Shown: piece after piece, positions 37,170-46,150 of the stretch
Layout of the letters: each line of letters opens with the position of its first letter
Numbering within the stretch: the stretch's first letter is position 1
Origin: an uncultured Clostridia bacterium
GTDB taxonomy: Bacteria > Bacillota > Clostridia > Christensenellales > Borkfalkiaceae
Reading direction: 5' to 3'
Assembly: GCA_949286835.1 (NCBI GenBank)
Contig: CASEDP010000010.1
Coordinates: 1,696-65,695 of the forward strand
DNA length: 64,000 nucleotides
Position numbers and translations under genes: made by a program
Notes under the pieces: generated by a model
The model's database searches: none
What the model saw: the letters and a program-made list of their open reading frames with translations, nothing else
Told to the model about the DNA's origin: nothing

Positions 37170-38450
37170 TTACGGCATTACTATGCAGGCGTTTCTCTCC
37201 GCGCCTACGGAGACGTACTTTATCTTGCAGTTGCACAGCTTTTCGAGGAGGTGAATATAGTCGAGCGCCTCCTTGGGGAGGTCATCTGCCGTCCTGCAAT
37301 TTGCCGTGCTGCAGTGCCAGCCCTTTACCTTTTCAAATACGGGCTTGCACCTGTCGAGGACGTCCGTGAAGGGGAAGTCGTCGAGGATTTTTCCGTCAAG
37401 CTCGTAATGGGTGCAGATTTCAATCTCCTCGTAGTCGTCGAGGATGTCGAGCTTGGTGAGCGCGATTTCGTCTGCGCCCTGGCACATTATGCCGTAGCGC
37501 GAAGCGACGACGTCGAAGGGTCCCACTCTCCTGGCTCTGCCCGTAGCCGCGCCGTATTCGCCGCCGAGCTCTCTCAGTCTTTCCGCGTCCTTGCCGAAGT
37601 ATTCGCAGGTGAAGGGGCCGGCGCCGACGCAGCTCGAATATGCCTTCATTATGCCTATCGACTTATCTATCTTGAGGTTGGGCACGCCTGCGCCTATGGG
37701 AGCATAGGCGGCGATCGTCGACGACGAGGAGGTATAGGGCACTATGCCGTAGTCTATGTCGCGGAGCGCGCCGAGCTGCGCTTCAAACATAATCTTCTTG
37801 CCGTTTTTATGCGCCTCGTTGAGGAAGAGACCGGTGTCGACTATGTATTCCCTGAGCGGCTTGCCGTACGTTTCGAGGTAGTCTATCATATCCTCTACCT
37901 TGACGGGGTCGTAGCCGTAAGCCTTTATGGTGAGGTTCTTCCACGCGACGATGTCGGGCAGACGCTCGTACATTATCTGGGTGTTGAGAAGCTCGCCCAT
38001 ACGGAACGCCTTCTTCATATACTTGTCGGCGTATATGGGGGAGATGCCGCGCCTTGTGGAGCCGTAGGGCTTGCCCGTCGCCTTAGTCAGCCTGTCCTCC
38101 TCCATTATGTCCTGCAACACGTTGTAGGGCATTGTGATTATCGCCTTGTCGCTTATCTTGAGGTTTTCGGGCGAAATTCTTATGCCTGCCTCCCTCAGTC
38201 TTGCGATTTCGCCGCAGAGGTGTTTAATATCGATGACCATTCCGCAGCCGAGAACGTTTACGACGTCCTCTCTGAGTATGCCGGAAGGCAGCAAGTTTAA
38301 TATGAACTTACCCTTTTCGTTGATTACGGTGTGACCTGCATTATTGCCGCCCTGATAACGGCAGACTATGTCGAAGTCCTGAGAAAGCAGGTCAACCATT
38401 CTGCCCTTGCCTTCGTCGCCCCAGTTAATTCCACAGATACTTGTAAGCAT
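37170..38450 (-). CDS. purA: Adenylosuccinate synthase
   Basis: 426 aa containing WGDEGKGRMVD (P-loop) and GGNNAGHTV. Confidence 0.95.
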   Translation of the reverse strand: MLTSICGINWGDEGKGRMVDLLSQDFDIVCRYQGGNNAGHTVINEKGKFILNLLPSGILREDVVNVLGCGMVIDIKHLCGEIARLREAGIRISPENLKISDKAIITMPYNVLQDIMEEDRLTKATGKPYGSTRRGISPIYADKYMKKAFRMGELLNTQIMYERLPDIVAWKNLTIKAYGYDPVKVEDMIDYLETYGKPLREYIVDTGLFLNEAHKNGKKIMFEAQLGALRDIDYGIVPYTSSSSTIAAYAPIGAGVPNLKIDKSIGIMKAYSSCVGAGPFTCEYFGKDAERLRELGGEYGAATGRARRVGPFDVVASRYGIMCQGADEIALTKLDILDDYEEIEICTHYELDGKILDDFPFTDVLDRCKPVFEKVKGWHCSTANCRTADDLPKEALDYIHLLEKLCNCKIKYVSVGAERNACIVMP

Positions 38451-38616
38451 AATTCTTTTCCTTATAAGGTTATTTTAATTTTCGCGCCGCTCTCAAAGCG
38501 CGATACATTAACAGCTTTATGCGGGGAGAGCTCCTTCAACTTCCCGCGCGCGAACGCCGAACGGAATGAAGCGCGCGAGCGCATCTTAAGTCGCCGCTCT
38601 CTTCTGCCCGCTATAT

Positions 38617-38645
38617 ATTATAGTGTAACCGACAAACTTAGTCAA
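38617..38645 (-). promoter_or_regulatory. Sigma-A promoter TTGACT-17-TATAAT upstream of purA
   Basis: Read directly on the minus strand. It leaves a GC-rich leader of about 160 nt before the purA ATG. Confidence 0.6.
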
Positions 38646-38786
38646 GCGTAAATATTTACCGACAGCCCGCAACTTGCGATTTTGCGATAGTTTATTGCCA
38701 TAGCGCGTATAATTATAACTTACCTGCGGAGCAGAATTTATAAATATTCATTAACGCAAGCGGGGCAGAGCGCGCCGCCCTGCCCG

Positions 38787-40406
38787 TTATACAAGTTCAG
38801 TCTTGCTGTTGCCGACAATCTCTTCAAGATATTCGCGGAGCACCTTTTCGTCGTCCGTCTCGCACTCGAACACTATGCTGTCGCCCGCCGCGAGCACAGT
38901 CGCGCCGTCGGGCACTTCCGTCTTTCCGTCGGGGTGGATAATCTCGGTGACAAGTCCGTTCGCAGGCCAGATAATCTTCCTGAGCCTGTTGCCGTCCGCC
39001 TGCGAGGAGGGCATTACCGTGACGGTGACGCTGACCTTTTTTACGTTCTTATCCAGCCCCTCGCTCTTGATGAACTGGGCGAGCATCCTTTCATATCCGG
39101 GGTGCAGATGGCACACCTCGCTGACGATATAGGCAATGGTTATGCCGAGCAGCGCCGGCAGAAAGTTTTTGAACTGCCCCGTCAGTTCAAACACCATACA
39201 TATGCCCGTTATGGGCGCGCGGACGAACGTGGTGAAGAACACCGCCATACAGATTATGACGAAATAGTCAGAAAATTCGGGCGCCATTCCTATGTTCTGA
39301 AAGCCGACGGAGAGCAGCGCCCCCGCGCCGGCGCCGACTGCGAGCATAGGCACGAATACGCCGCAGGGCACGCCGACGGACATCACGGAAATCATCGAGA
39401 TGAAGCGGAAAACGACGATTATGGCAATGCTTATGCCGACTGACAGCCCCATAACGCTTATGCCCGAAATGTCGCCCGTGCCGCCCGTGGAAAGGGCATC
39501 TATAAAGCCGTGTCCGCCGCCTATGCAGTAGGATGTTATCAGTCCGAAAACGCCTGCAATGAGGAAGGGAAAGAGATACTTTCCCCTGCCGCCGAGGAAG
39601 GTCACCTTTGTGAACGCCTTCTTTGCCGCAAACATCGCATAGTAGAACGCCACGGCGAGCAGGGCGACAATTACCGCGCCCAGCGCGACAAACGCCATAT
39701 CTGCATAGCCCGCCTCCGCAAAGACAAAATTTTCAAACGAGAAGCCCACAGAAAAGCCGAGCGCGCCGCGCACGGCGTTGCGCACGAACAGCGCCGTTAT
39801 TACCGAGATTGCAGAGCAGATGAACGCCGCCGGGGAGAGCGATTTGAACGCCTCCTCTATGGAGAAAATCATACCCGTTATGGGCGCGTTGAACGCCACC
39901 GCAAAGCCCGCGCTGGCACCCGCCGAAATCTGGAGGCGGCGTATCATATACGAACGCCTGAGCGTGACAGCCACCGCATCGCCCGCGCACCCGCCGAGCT
40001 GGACGGACGGTCCCTCCGAGCCCGCAGAGAGCCCGAGGAACACGCAGGCGAGCGAGCCCGCGAACATAGAGCACATAACCGCATACCACTTTATGCGGAA
40101 GAGCCCCCTTGCCGCACCCTCCGTCTGAGGTATGCCGCTGCCCTTTACCATAGGCACGAATTTGGTGAGCGTGCCTATGAGTATCGCGCCCGCCGCCAGC
40201 GCCAGAAACAGCAGGGGAATGAATGCGGGATGTTCGAGGAGGAGCGCATACGCCTCCTCCGCTATCCCCTCGCCCAGCGACGTGCAGATGTTGTAGAACG
40301 TGACGACGACGCCCGCAAACAGCCCCGTAATTATGCTGAGCAATACGAGATTTAATCCATATGAGCGCAGCCTTCTGACCGTGCGCTTTAAAAATGTCGT
40401 TTTCAT
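38787..40406 (-). CDS. ClC family chloride channel / H+-Cl- antiporter with a C-terminal TrkA-C-like domain
   Basis: 539 aa. The selectivity motifs are GSGIPQ and GSEGPSVQ. A soluble C-terminal region of about 90 aa follows. Confidence 0.85.
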   Translation of the reverse strand: MKTTFLKRTVRRLRSYGLNLVLLSIITGLFAGVVVTFYNICTSLGEGIAEEAYALLLEHPAFIPLLFLALAAGAILIGTLTKFVPMVKGSGIPQTEGAARGLFRIKWYAVMCSMFAGSLACVFLGLSAGSEGPSVQLGGCAGDAVAVTLRRSYMIRRLQISAGASAGFAVAFNAPITGMIFSIEEAFKSLSPAAFICSAISVITALFVRNAVRGALGFSVGFSFENFVFAEAGYADMAFVALGAVIVALLAVAFYYAMFAAKKAFTKVTFLGGRGKYLFPFLIAGVFGLITSYCIGGGHGFIDALSTGGTGDISGISVMGLSVGISIAIIVVFRFISMISVMSVGVPCGVFVPMLAVGAGAGALLSVGFQNIGMAPEFSDYFVIICMAVFFTTFVRAPITGICMVFELTGQFKNFLPALLGITIAYIVSEVCHLHPGYERMLAQFIKSEGLDKNVKKVSVTVTVMPSSQADGNRLRKIIWPANGLVTEIIHPDGKTEVPDGATVLAAGDSIVFECETDDEKVLREYLEEIVGNSKTELV

Positions 40407-40494
40407 AACTTATGCATTATAGCTCTTTTATGCTCTCCCCGTCAAACCATTACGGCAAAAAAACGCACATACGGCGACTTTACGGACAAAAAGG

Positions 40495-40532
40495 CCGGAA
40501 GGGCGCCCGCTTTGCGGCGGGCGCCCTTCCGG
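40495..40532 (-). terminator. Rho-independent terminator downstream of glnN
   Basis: CCGGAAGGGCGCCCGC / GCGGGCGCCCTTCCGG form a perfect 16-bp stem followed by CCTTTTTG on the minus strand. Confidence 0.8.
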
Positions 40533-40688
40533 AGTATCTATGAGAGAGCAGTGTATTTGCGTTGAGCTCCGGCGGCGTGCGCCGGGAGATTGCCTTCACC
40601 GCCTTTGCGGGCGGCGGAAGCGTGCCGCGCGGCGTCTTTGCAAGGCGCTTTGCCCCGCGCCGCTCGCGGACAGGGCTTTGCCTCCCCG

Positions 40689-42770
40689 TCAGTTTACGCT
40701 GTATAGAAGATCGTAATAAGAAGGATAAGGCCAGTAGTCGGAAGAGGTCAGGGTTTCCATCTTGTCGACCTTGCTCCTCATCTCCTCCATTACGGGAATG
40801 ACCCTGTGCGCCATTACCTGAGAGGCATCCCTCGCCTTGCCGATATCCGTTTCGGCGAGTATACCTTCGAGCTTGTTGGCAAGCGCGCCCACCTCGTCGT
40901 TGAGGGCAGCGAGCTTCATAATCACTTCCTTTTCGCCGGAGCAGGGTATTTCCTCGCAGACCGCCTTCTTTGCGGCTACGTTGGAGCACAGCTCTGCAAT
41001 GTAGTCGGAGACGGCGGGGATTATGTCCCTTCTGACCATCTCGAGCATAGTGAGCGCCTCTATGTTGATTATCTTGGTATAGTTTTCAAGCTGAATGTCG
41101 GCGCGGGCGATTGCCTCTTCGCGGGTATATACGCCCTGGCGCACGAACACGTCTATGTTCTTTTCCTCGAAACATACGGGCACGGCGTCGGCGGTGTTCT
41201 TGTTGTTGAGAAGTCCCCTTCTCGCCGCCTCGGGCTCCCACTCGGGGCCGTAGCCGTCCTCGTTGAAGATTATGCGGCGGTGAGCCTTGAGCTCCCTTGC
41301 AACGATTGCGTTTGCCGCCCTTTCGACGTTCTCCTTGCCTTCCAGCTCGTCGGCAAACTGCTCGAACGCGTCGGCGACGATGGTGTTGAGCACGATGTTG
41401 GCGTCGGCAACGTTCGCCTGCGAACCGAGCATTCTGAATTCAAATTTGTTGCCCGTGAACGCGAACGGCGACGTCCTGTTTCTGTCGGTGGCGTCCTTGG
41501 GGAATATGGGCGATTCGGGCACGCCTATCGAGCCCTTTTCCGCCTTGACGGGAATGTAGTCCACGCCCTTTACTATCGTATCGACGAGCTTACCGAGCTG
41601 ATCGCCGAGATATACCGAAATTATTGCGGGGGGCGCCTCGTTTGCGCCCAACCTGTGGTCGTTGCCCGCAGAGGCGACAGACGCCCTCAATATGCCCTGA
41701 TAGTCGTCGACCGCCTTGATGACTGCCGCCAGCATAAGCTTGAAGAAGGTGTTCTTTTCGGGCGCGTCGCCGGGGTTGAGAAGGTTGAACCCGTCGTCCG
41801 TCGACATTGACCAGTTGTTGTGCTTGCCCGAACCGTTTATGCCGCGGAAGGGCTTTTCGTGCAGGAGGCAGGCAAGGTTGTGCTTTTTTGCGACCTTCTT
41901 CATTATCTCCATCGTCAGCATATTGTGGTCGACGGCGACGTTTGTCGTGCCGAATACGGGCGCCATCTCGTGCTGGGCGGGAGCTACCTCGTTGTGCTTT
42001 GTCTTGGAGAGTATGCCGTAGCTCCACAGCTCCTCGTCGAGTTCGTGCATATAGCCGACAATCCTCGGCTTGAGCATACCGAAGTAGTGATCCTCCAGCT
42101 CCTGCCCCCTCGACGCGGGCGCGCCGAACAGCGTTCTGCCGCACAGTCTGAGGTCCTTTCTCTGCTTATATACCTCTGCGTCGATGAGGAAATATTCCTG
42201 CTCCGGTCCGACGGTCGTGGAGACCTTTTTGCAGGTCTTTCCGAAGAGCGCAAGCAGCCTCTTTGCCTGCTTGTCTATTGCCGTCATAGAGCGCAGCAAA
42301 GGCGACTTTTTATCGAGCGTTTCGCCCGTGTAGGAGACGAACACCGTAGGAATGTAGAGCGTACCTTCCTTGACGAATGCGGGGGACGTGGGGTCCCACG
42401 CCGTATAGCCCCTTGCCATATACGTCGCGCGCGAACCGCCCGAAGGGAACGAGGACGCGTCGGACTCCCCGACGATGAGGCTCTTGCCCGTGAGGCGCAT
42501 AATTACCCTGTCGCCCTCGGGTTCTATAAAGCTGTCGTGCTTTTCCGCCGTCAGCCCCGTGAGAGGCTGGAACCAGTGGGTATAGTGGGTTGCGCCCTTG
42601 GAGACCGCCCACTTTTTCATTGCCGAAGCGACCGTGCCCGCGATGGTTACGTCGAGCGGCTTGCCCGATTCTATTGTTGCCCTTAAAAGTTTATACACTT
42701 CGCTGGGCAGTGTCTCTTTCTGTACCGCGTCGTTGAATACGTTTTCACCGAACATCTGAGGAAGGTTCAT
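40689..42770 (-). CDS. glnN: Glutamine synthetase type III
   Basis: 693 aa, the size of a GS-III. The N-terminus reads FGENVFNDAVQKETLP...GATHYTHWFQPLTG and the catalytic core contains NGSGKHNNWS. Confidence 0.9.
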   Translation of the reverse strand: MNLPQMFGENVFNDAVQKETLPSEVYKLLRATIESGKPLDVTIAGTVASAMKKWAVSKGATHYTHWFQPLTGLTAEKHDSFIEPEGDRVIMRLTGKSLIVGESDASSFPSGGSRATYMARGYTAWDPTSPAFVKEGTLYIPTVFVSYTGETLDKKSPLLRSMTAIDKQAKRLLALFGKTCKKVSTTVGPEQEYFLIDAEVYKQRKDLRLCGRTLFGAPASRGQELEDHYFGMLKPRIVGYMHELDEELWSYGILSKTKHNEVAPAQHEMAPVFGTTNVAVDHNMLTMEIMKKVAKKHNLACLLHEKPFRGINGSGKHNNWSMSTDDGFNLLNPGDAPEKNTFFKLMLAAVIKAVDDYQGILRASVASAGNDHRLGANEAPPAIISVYLGDQLGKLVDTIVKGVDYIPVKAEKGSIGVPESPIFPKDATDRNRTSPFAFTGNKFEFRMLGSQANVADANIVLNTIVADAFEQFADELEGKENVERAANAIVARELKAHRRIIFNEDGYGPEWEPEAARRGLLNNKNTADAVPVCFEEKNIDVFVRQGVYTREEAIARADIQLENYTKIINIEALTMLEMVRRDIIPAVSDYIAELCSNVAAKKAVCEEIPCSGEKEVIMKLAALNDEVGALANKLEGILAETDIGKARDASQVMAHRVIPVMEEMRSKVDKMETLTSSDYWPYPSYYDLLYSVN

Positions 42771-42836
42771 TCTCTTTACTCCTGTATGCTTATTTCTCCA
42801 GCGGCTCTCTCACAGCGCTTTAGATTTACAAGTCAA

Positions 42837-42865
42837 ATTATAGTGAAATTCTCACAGATTGTCAA
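42837..42865 (-). promoter_or_regulatory. Consensus sigma-A promoter TTGACA-17-TATAAT upstream of glnN
   Basis: The minus strand reads TTGACAATCTGTGAGAATTTCACTATAAT. The spacer contains the near-palindrome GTGAGAATTTCAC. Confidence 0.65.
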
Positions 42866-42983
42866 CATTTATCGGCAAACTGCGCGTTTCAAAAGTTGAA
42901 TATGCGCCCCGAATTGCTCCCTGCAAAAGATTGCGCTCCGCCCCGCCTCTCGTCGCATCCCGCGCCGCCGTTTTTTGCAGCGG

Positions 42984-44351
42984 TCAGTCGGAATATTCGT
43001 CGTCGAAGAAGAAGCCGCCGTCCTCTCCGTCGCCGCCTTCGTCGCCCGCAAAGCCCTCGTCGTCGAAACGGGCGGGCTTTATCAGGTGACTGCCCTTTAT
43101 GTCGTTATGCATTTCGGTGGGGTCTTCGGCGACAATCCCCCTCTGCACGGCGGCGTAGCCGTGCTTTTTACGTATGTCGTCGACGCAGCGCTCGACCTTC
43201 TCCCTCTTGAGGTAGTCGCCCGAAGCTTCGTCGAAGGTCATCTGCGATGCCCCGCCGTCGAAGCCGGATACGGTTATGCCCAGCGCGCGCACGCTGAACG
43301 GCGGGCGGAACTTGCCGATAAAGAGCGAATACGCGTGCGCGGCGATTTCGCCGCACAGCGCGGTGTGCCTGACCTTTTTCTGCACGGAGAAGCTGTTCAG
43401 CGCACTGTCCCTCACCCACAGATGCACGGTGTCGGCAAGCCCCTTGCCGGAGGCACGCAGGCGCGCCGCAACGCTTTCGGCGATGACGTAGAGCGTGCGC
43501 TCCACCTCCGAGAGGTTAGTAAGGTCTTTGGGCAGCGTCATTGAATTGCCTATCGACTTGAGCTCCCTCTCCTCGCCGAGTTTTCTGACGGGAGAGGCGT
43601 CCTCCCCGCGAGCATATGTGAGGAGCGTCTGACCGAATTTGCCGAACGCAGCAACTATGCGTCTGTCATCTGCCGCGGCAAGCCTGCCGATTGTGGAATA
43701 GCCCATTTTCACGAGCTTTGTACCCGTCGCGCCGCCCACCATAAGCAGATCTGTGACGGGCAGACCGTAGATTACGTCCTTATAGTTCTTTCGGGAGATT
43801 ACCGTAGTGCCGTCCGGCTTCTTGAGGTCGGAGCCGAGTTTTGCGAACACCTTGTTGAAGGATACCCCGCAGGAGACGGTCAGTCCCAGTTCCTCCCTGA
43901 CGGCATTCCTTATAGTGTCGCCTATATGCCTTAAAAAATCGTCAGAATAGTGCCTGTCCTCCCCCTCGCCGACGTATTTTTCGCCGCAGAAAGCGGGGAA
44001 CACCCTGGTAAATTTGGTTACGTCCAGCCAACATTCGTCTATGCCGTAACTTTCAATCTCGTCTGTGTAGCGCGCATATATGCCCTTTACAAGGCGCGAG
44101 TAGCGCATATATTTGTCGAAATGGGGGCGCACTATGACAATGGCAGGGCATTTTTTCTGCGCCTGCCAGACGGTGTCGCCCGTCTTTACGCCCCGCTTTT
44201 TCGCCTCCTCGCTCTTGGCGAGCACTATTCCCCTGCGCTCCTCCTTGTTGCCGCAGACGGCTATCGGCACCCCGTTGAGTTCGGGATGAAGTTTCCTTTC
44301 GACCGACGCGTAGAAATTATTGAGGTCGGAATGTATGACTATCCTCTCCAT
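42984..44351 (-). CDS. dinB: Y-family DNA polymerase IV with an acidic C-terminal tail
   Basis: MERIVIHSDLNNFYASVE...IDECWLDV are the Y-family catalytic motifs. The tail reads DDEGFAGDEGGDGEDGGFFFDDEYSD. The start could also be the ATG at 44378. Confidence 0.85.
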   Translation of the reverse strand: MERIVIHSDLNNFYASVERKLHPELNGVPIAVCGNKEERRGIVLAKSEEAKKRGVKTGDTVWQAQKKCPAIVIVRPHFDKYMRYSRLVKGIYARYTDEIESYGIDECWLDVTKFTRVFPAFCGEKYVGEGEDRHYSDDFLRHIGDTIRNAVREELGLTVSCGVSFNKVFAKLGSDLKKPDGTTVISRKNYKDVIYGLPVTDLLMVGGATGTKLVKMGYSTIGRLAAADDRRIVAAFGKFGQTLLTYARGEDASPVRKLGEERELKSIGNSMTLPKDLTNLSEVERTLYVIAESVAARLRASGKGLADTVHLWVRDSALNSFSVQKKVRHTALCGEIAAHAYSLFIGKFRPPFSVRALGITVSGFDGGASQMTFDEASGDYLKREKVERCVDDIRKKHGYAAVQRGIVAEDPTEMHNDIKGSHLIKPARFDDEGFAGDEGGDGEDGGFFFDDEYSD

Positions 44352-44397
44352 ACTTTTATTATACCACAATATGGGCATATGTACAATTATATAATTT

Positions 44398-44433
44398 GTT
44401 TCGTAAATTTGTTTTCTGGTGACAAAAACAAAT
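44398..44433 (+). repeat. 36-nt hairpin-containing repeat, copy 1
   Basis: GTTTCGTAAATTTGTTTTCTGGTGACAAAAACAAAT. Identity to copy 2 is 34/36. The internal inverted repeat is ATTTGTTTT(C)-TGGTGAC-(A)AAAACAAAT. Confidence 0.9.
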
Positions 44434-44695
44434 TTGACGAGATTGAGCGGCTCTTTCTCGCAAGGCGCAATGGCAACGCCTTACTCGGTCACCGTCCGAC
44501 ACGACCTGTTGTGTCGGACTTATCTCGGGCGGCAAAATGTGCCAAACCGAGGCACATTTTGAAAAATCCGCCCTCGTCCTCGAATCTTAAGTGCTCTCAA
44601 ATATAATAATTGCGCCGCCTTCACCTACTGCCCGCCCGACAAAGTCGGTCGCACGGAGCGTCAGCGTAGTAGGCGAAAGTATTTGCAAACAAGGT

Positions 44696-44727
44696 GAAAG
44701 ACCAAAAAATGTGATTTTTGGTCTTTC
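44696..44727. terminator. Strong hairpin (13-bp perfect stem) inside the dinB-aroA spacer; possible terminator of a plus-strand non-coding transcript
   Basis: GAAAGACCAAAAA-atgtga-TTTTTGGTCTTTC. On the plus strand a T-rich stretch (CGTTCAATATTTT) follows. Confidence 0.4.
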
Positions 44728-44744
44728 CGTTCAATATTTTAGAT

Positions 44745-44780
44745 GTTTCGTGAATTTGTTTTCTGGTGACGAAAACAAAT
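44745..44780 (+). repeat. 36-nt hairpin-containing repeat, copy 2
   Basis: GTTTCGTGAATTTGTTTTCTGGTGACGAAAACAAAT, with a perfect 10-bp stem ATTTGTTTTC / GAAAACAAAT and loop TGGTGAC. It lies 347 nt downstream of copy 1 in direct orientation. Confidence 0.9.
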
Positions 44781-44826
44781 CCCCCCCCTGTTTTAAAGGC
44801 GCTATCTGACAAGCCAAAGATAAAGC

Positions 44827-44864
44827 GGCACAGGCGGGCTGCGTCAACGCAGCCCGCCTGTGCC
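44827..44864 (-). terminator. Rho-independent terminator of the aroA operon
   Basis: GGCACAGGCGGGCTGCG / CGCAGCCCGCCTGTGCC form a perfect 17-bp stem followed by GCTTTATCTTT on the minus strand. Confidence 0.8.
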
Positions 44865-44923
44865 TTAACCTAAACTATCTGCTTTAACGCGCCCCTTTTA
44901 AGGCGCACAAAAAATCGCTTTAA

Positions 44924-46147
44924 TCATTCGGCGGTAAGACTGCAGACGAGGTCGTCCAGCACGTCGAAATATTCTTTAAACGTCTTGGAACAGACCTCGG
45001 CATTGTCGATAACAACCCCGTCGCACCTCAGCCCGGTGACTGCAAAGCTCATTGCAACCCTGTGGTCGCCGAAGGTGTCTATATGTCCGCCGTGCGGCTC
45101 TGAGGGATATATGGTCACGCCGTCGTCGAACTCCTCGCACCTGACGCCGAGCGCGGCGAGGTTCTTAGAAATTGAGGCTATGCGGTCGCATTCCTGCCCC
45201 CTTATGTGCTTTACCCCGACAATCGTCGTGGGGCGGGAGAGATAGGGCGCGACCGCCGCCATTGTGAGCGCCTGGTCGGAGAACGCCGACATATCAATCA
45301 CGCCGCCGTCGAAGTCCTTTAAAATCTCTATGAATTTCATATCTCCCTGCATAGTGTGTTTCATCACTCCCCTGACGGAGATTTCCGTGCCGAGAATTTT
45401 ATTCATAGCATAGAAATAGCACGCCGCAGAGATATCGGGCTCGATTTCGTACCTCTTCGCCTCGTACCCGCCGAATACCGTATAGCACCCGTCGCCCTCT
45501 TCCGCCGTTACGCCGAACGACCACATCATATCCAGCGTCATCTTTACGTAGTCCATTCCGTGGTTGCCCACCGTGCGTATGGTCAGCGGCTTGCCTGCGC
45601 ATACCGCCGACATCAAGAGCGCGGAGAGGAACTGACTGCTCTTTTCTATGTTGACCGTCACCTCGTCCGCGGGCGAGGAAGTGCCCTGCACGACGAAGGG
45701 GAAGCAGTACTCTTCGCCTAAGAATTCAAAGCGCGCGCCGAGGGAGACGAGCGCCTCTATGAGCGGCCTTTGGGGGCGGCGCATCATCTGGGGCGAGGAA
45801 GTAAGGGTAAATCTGCCGTCCTGAAGGGCGCACAGCGCCGTGAGAAAGCGCGCCGCCGTGCCCGCGCTGCCGACGTAAATTTCGCCCGAAGCGACGGGCA
45901 ATTTTCCGCCGCAGCCCTCTACGGCTATGCAGTCACTGCCGACTTCGACGCCTATACCCAGCGACCTTACCGCCTCAATGAACGTAGAGCAGTCGTCCGA
46001 GAGCTGACCGCCGTACAGCAGCGATTTGCCCTCCGCCAGCGCGGCGATGAGCAGCGCCCTCGCCGTAATGCTCTTGGAGCCTGGCACCTCCACAATCTGC
46101 CTTGCATTCCTTACGGAGGAAAAGATATTCTTTACCTCGTACTGCAT
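44924..46147 (-). CDS. aroA: 3-phosphoshikimate 1-carboxyvinyltransferase (EPSP synthase)
   Basis: 407 aa containing VEVPGSKSITARALLIAALAEG and GSAGTAARFL. Confidence 0.9.
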   Translation of the reverse strand: MQYEVKNIFSSVRNARQIVEVPGSKSITARALLIAALAEGKSLLYGGQLSDDCSTFIEAVRSLGIGVEVGSDCIAVEGCGGKLPVASGEIYVGSAGTAARFLTALCALQDGRFTLTSSPQMMRRPQRPLIEALVSLGARFEFLGEEYCFPFVVQGTSSPADEVTVNIEKSSQFLSALLMSAVCAGKPLTIRTVGNHGMDYVKMTLDMMWSFGVTAEEGDGCYTVFGGYEAKRYEIEPDISAACYFYAMNKILGTEISVRGVMKHTMQGDMKFIEILKDFDGGVIDMSAFSDQALTMAAVAPYLSRPTTIVGVKHIRGQECDRIASISKNLAALGVRCEEFDDGVTIYPSEPHGGHIDTFGDHRVAMSFAVTGLRCDGVVIDNAEVCSKTFKEYFDVLDDLVCSLTAE

Positions 46148-46150
46148 ACG

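Noticed and set aside
40480-40989. A 169-aa minus-strand ORF spanning the glnN 3' end and its 3' UTR.
   Set aside because: It overlaps glnN out of frame, is Arg/Gly-rich, has no RBS, and runs through the glnN terminator hairpin.
44352-44450. A LexA/SOS box (GAAC-N4-GTTC type) upstream of dinB.
   Set aside because: No GAAC or GTTC tetramer occurs within about 100 nt upstream of either candidate dinB start.
44398-44780. The 36-nt repeat could be a CRISPR repeat, because its length and GTTTCG start are CRISPR-like.
   Set aside because: There are only two copies, separated by 311 nt rather than a spacer of about 30 nt. No cas genes occur anywhere in the window. The intervening sequence is itself highly structured.
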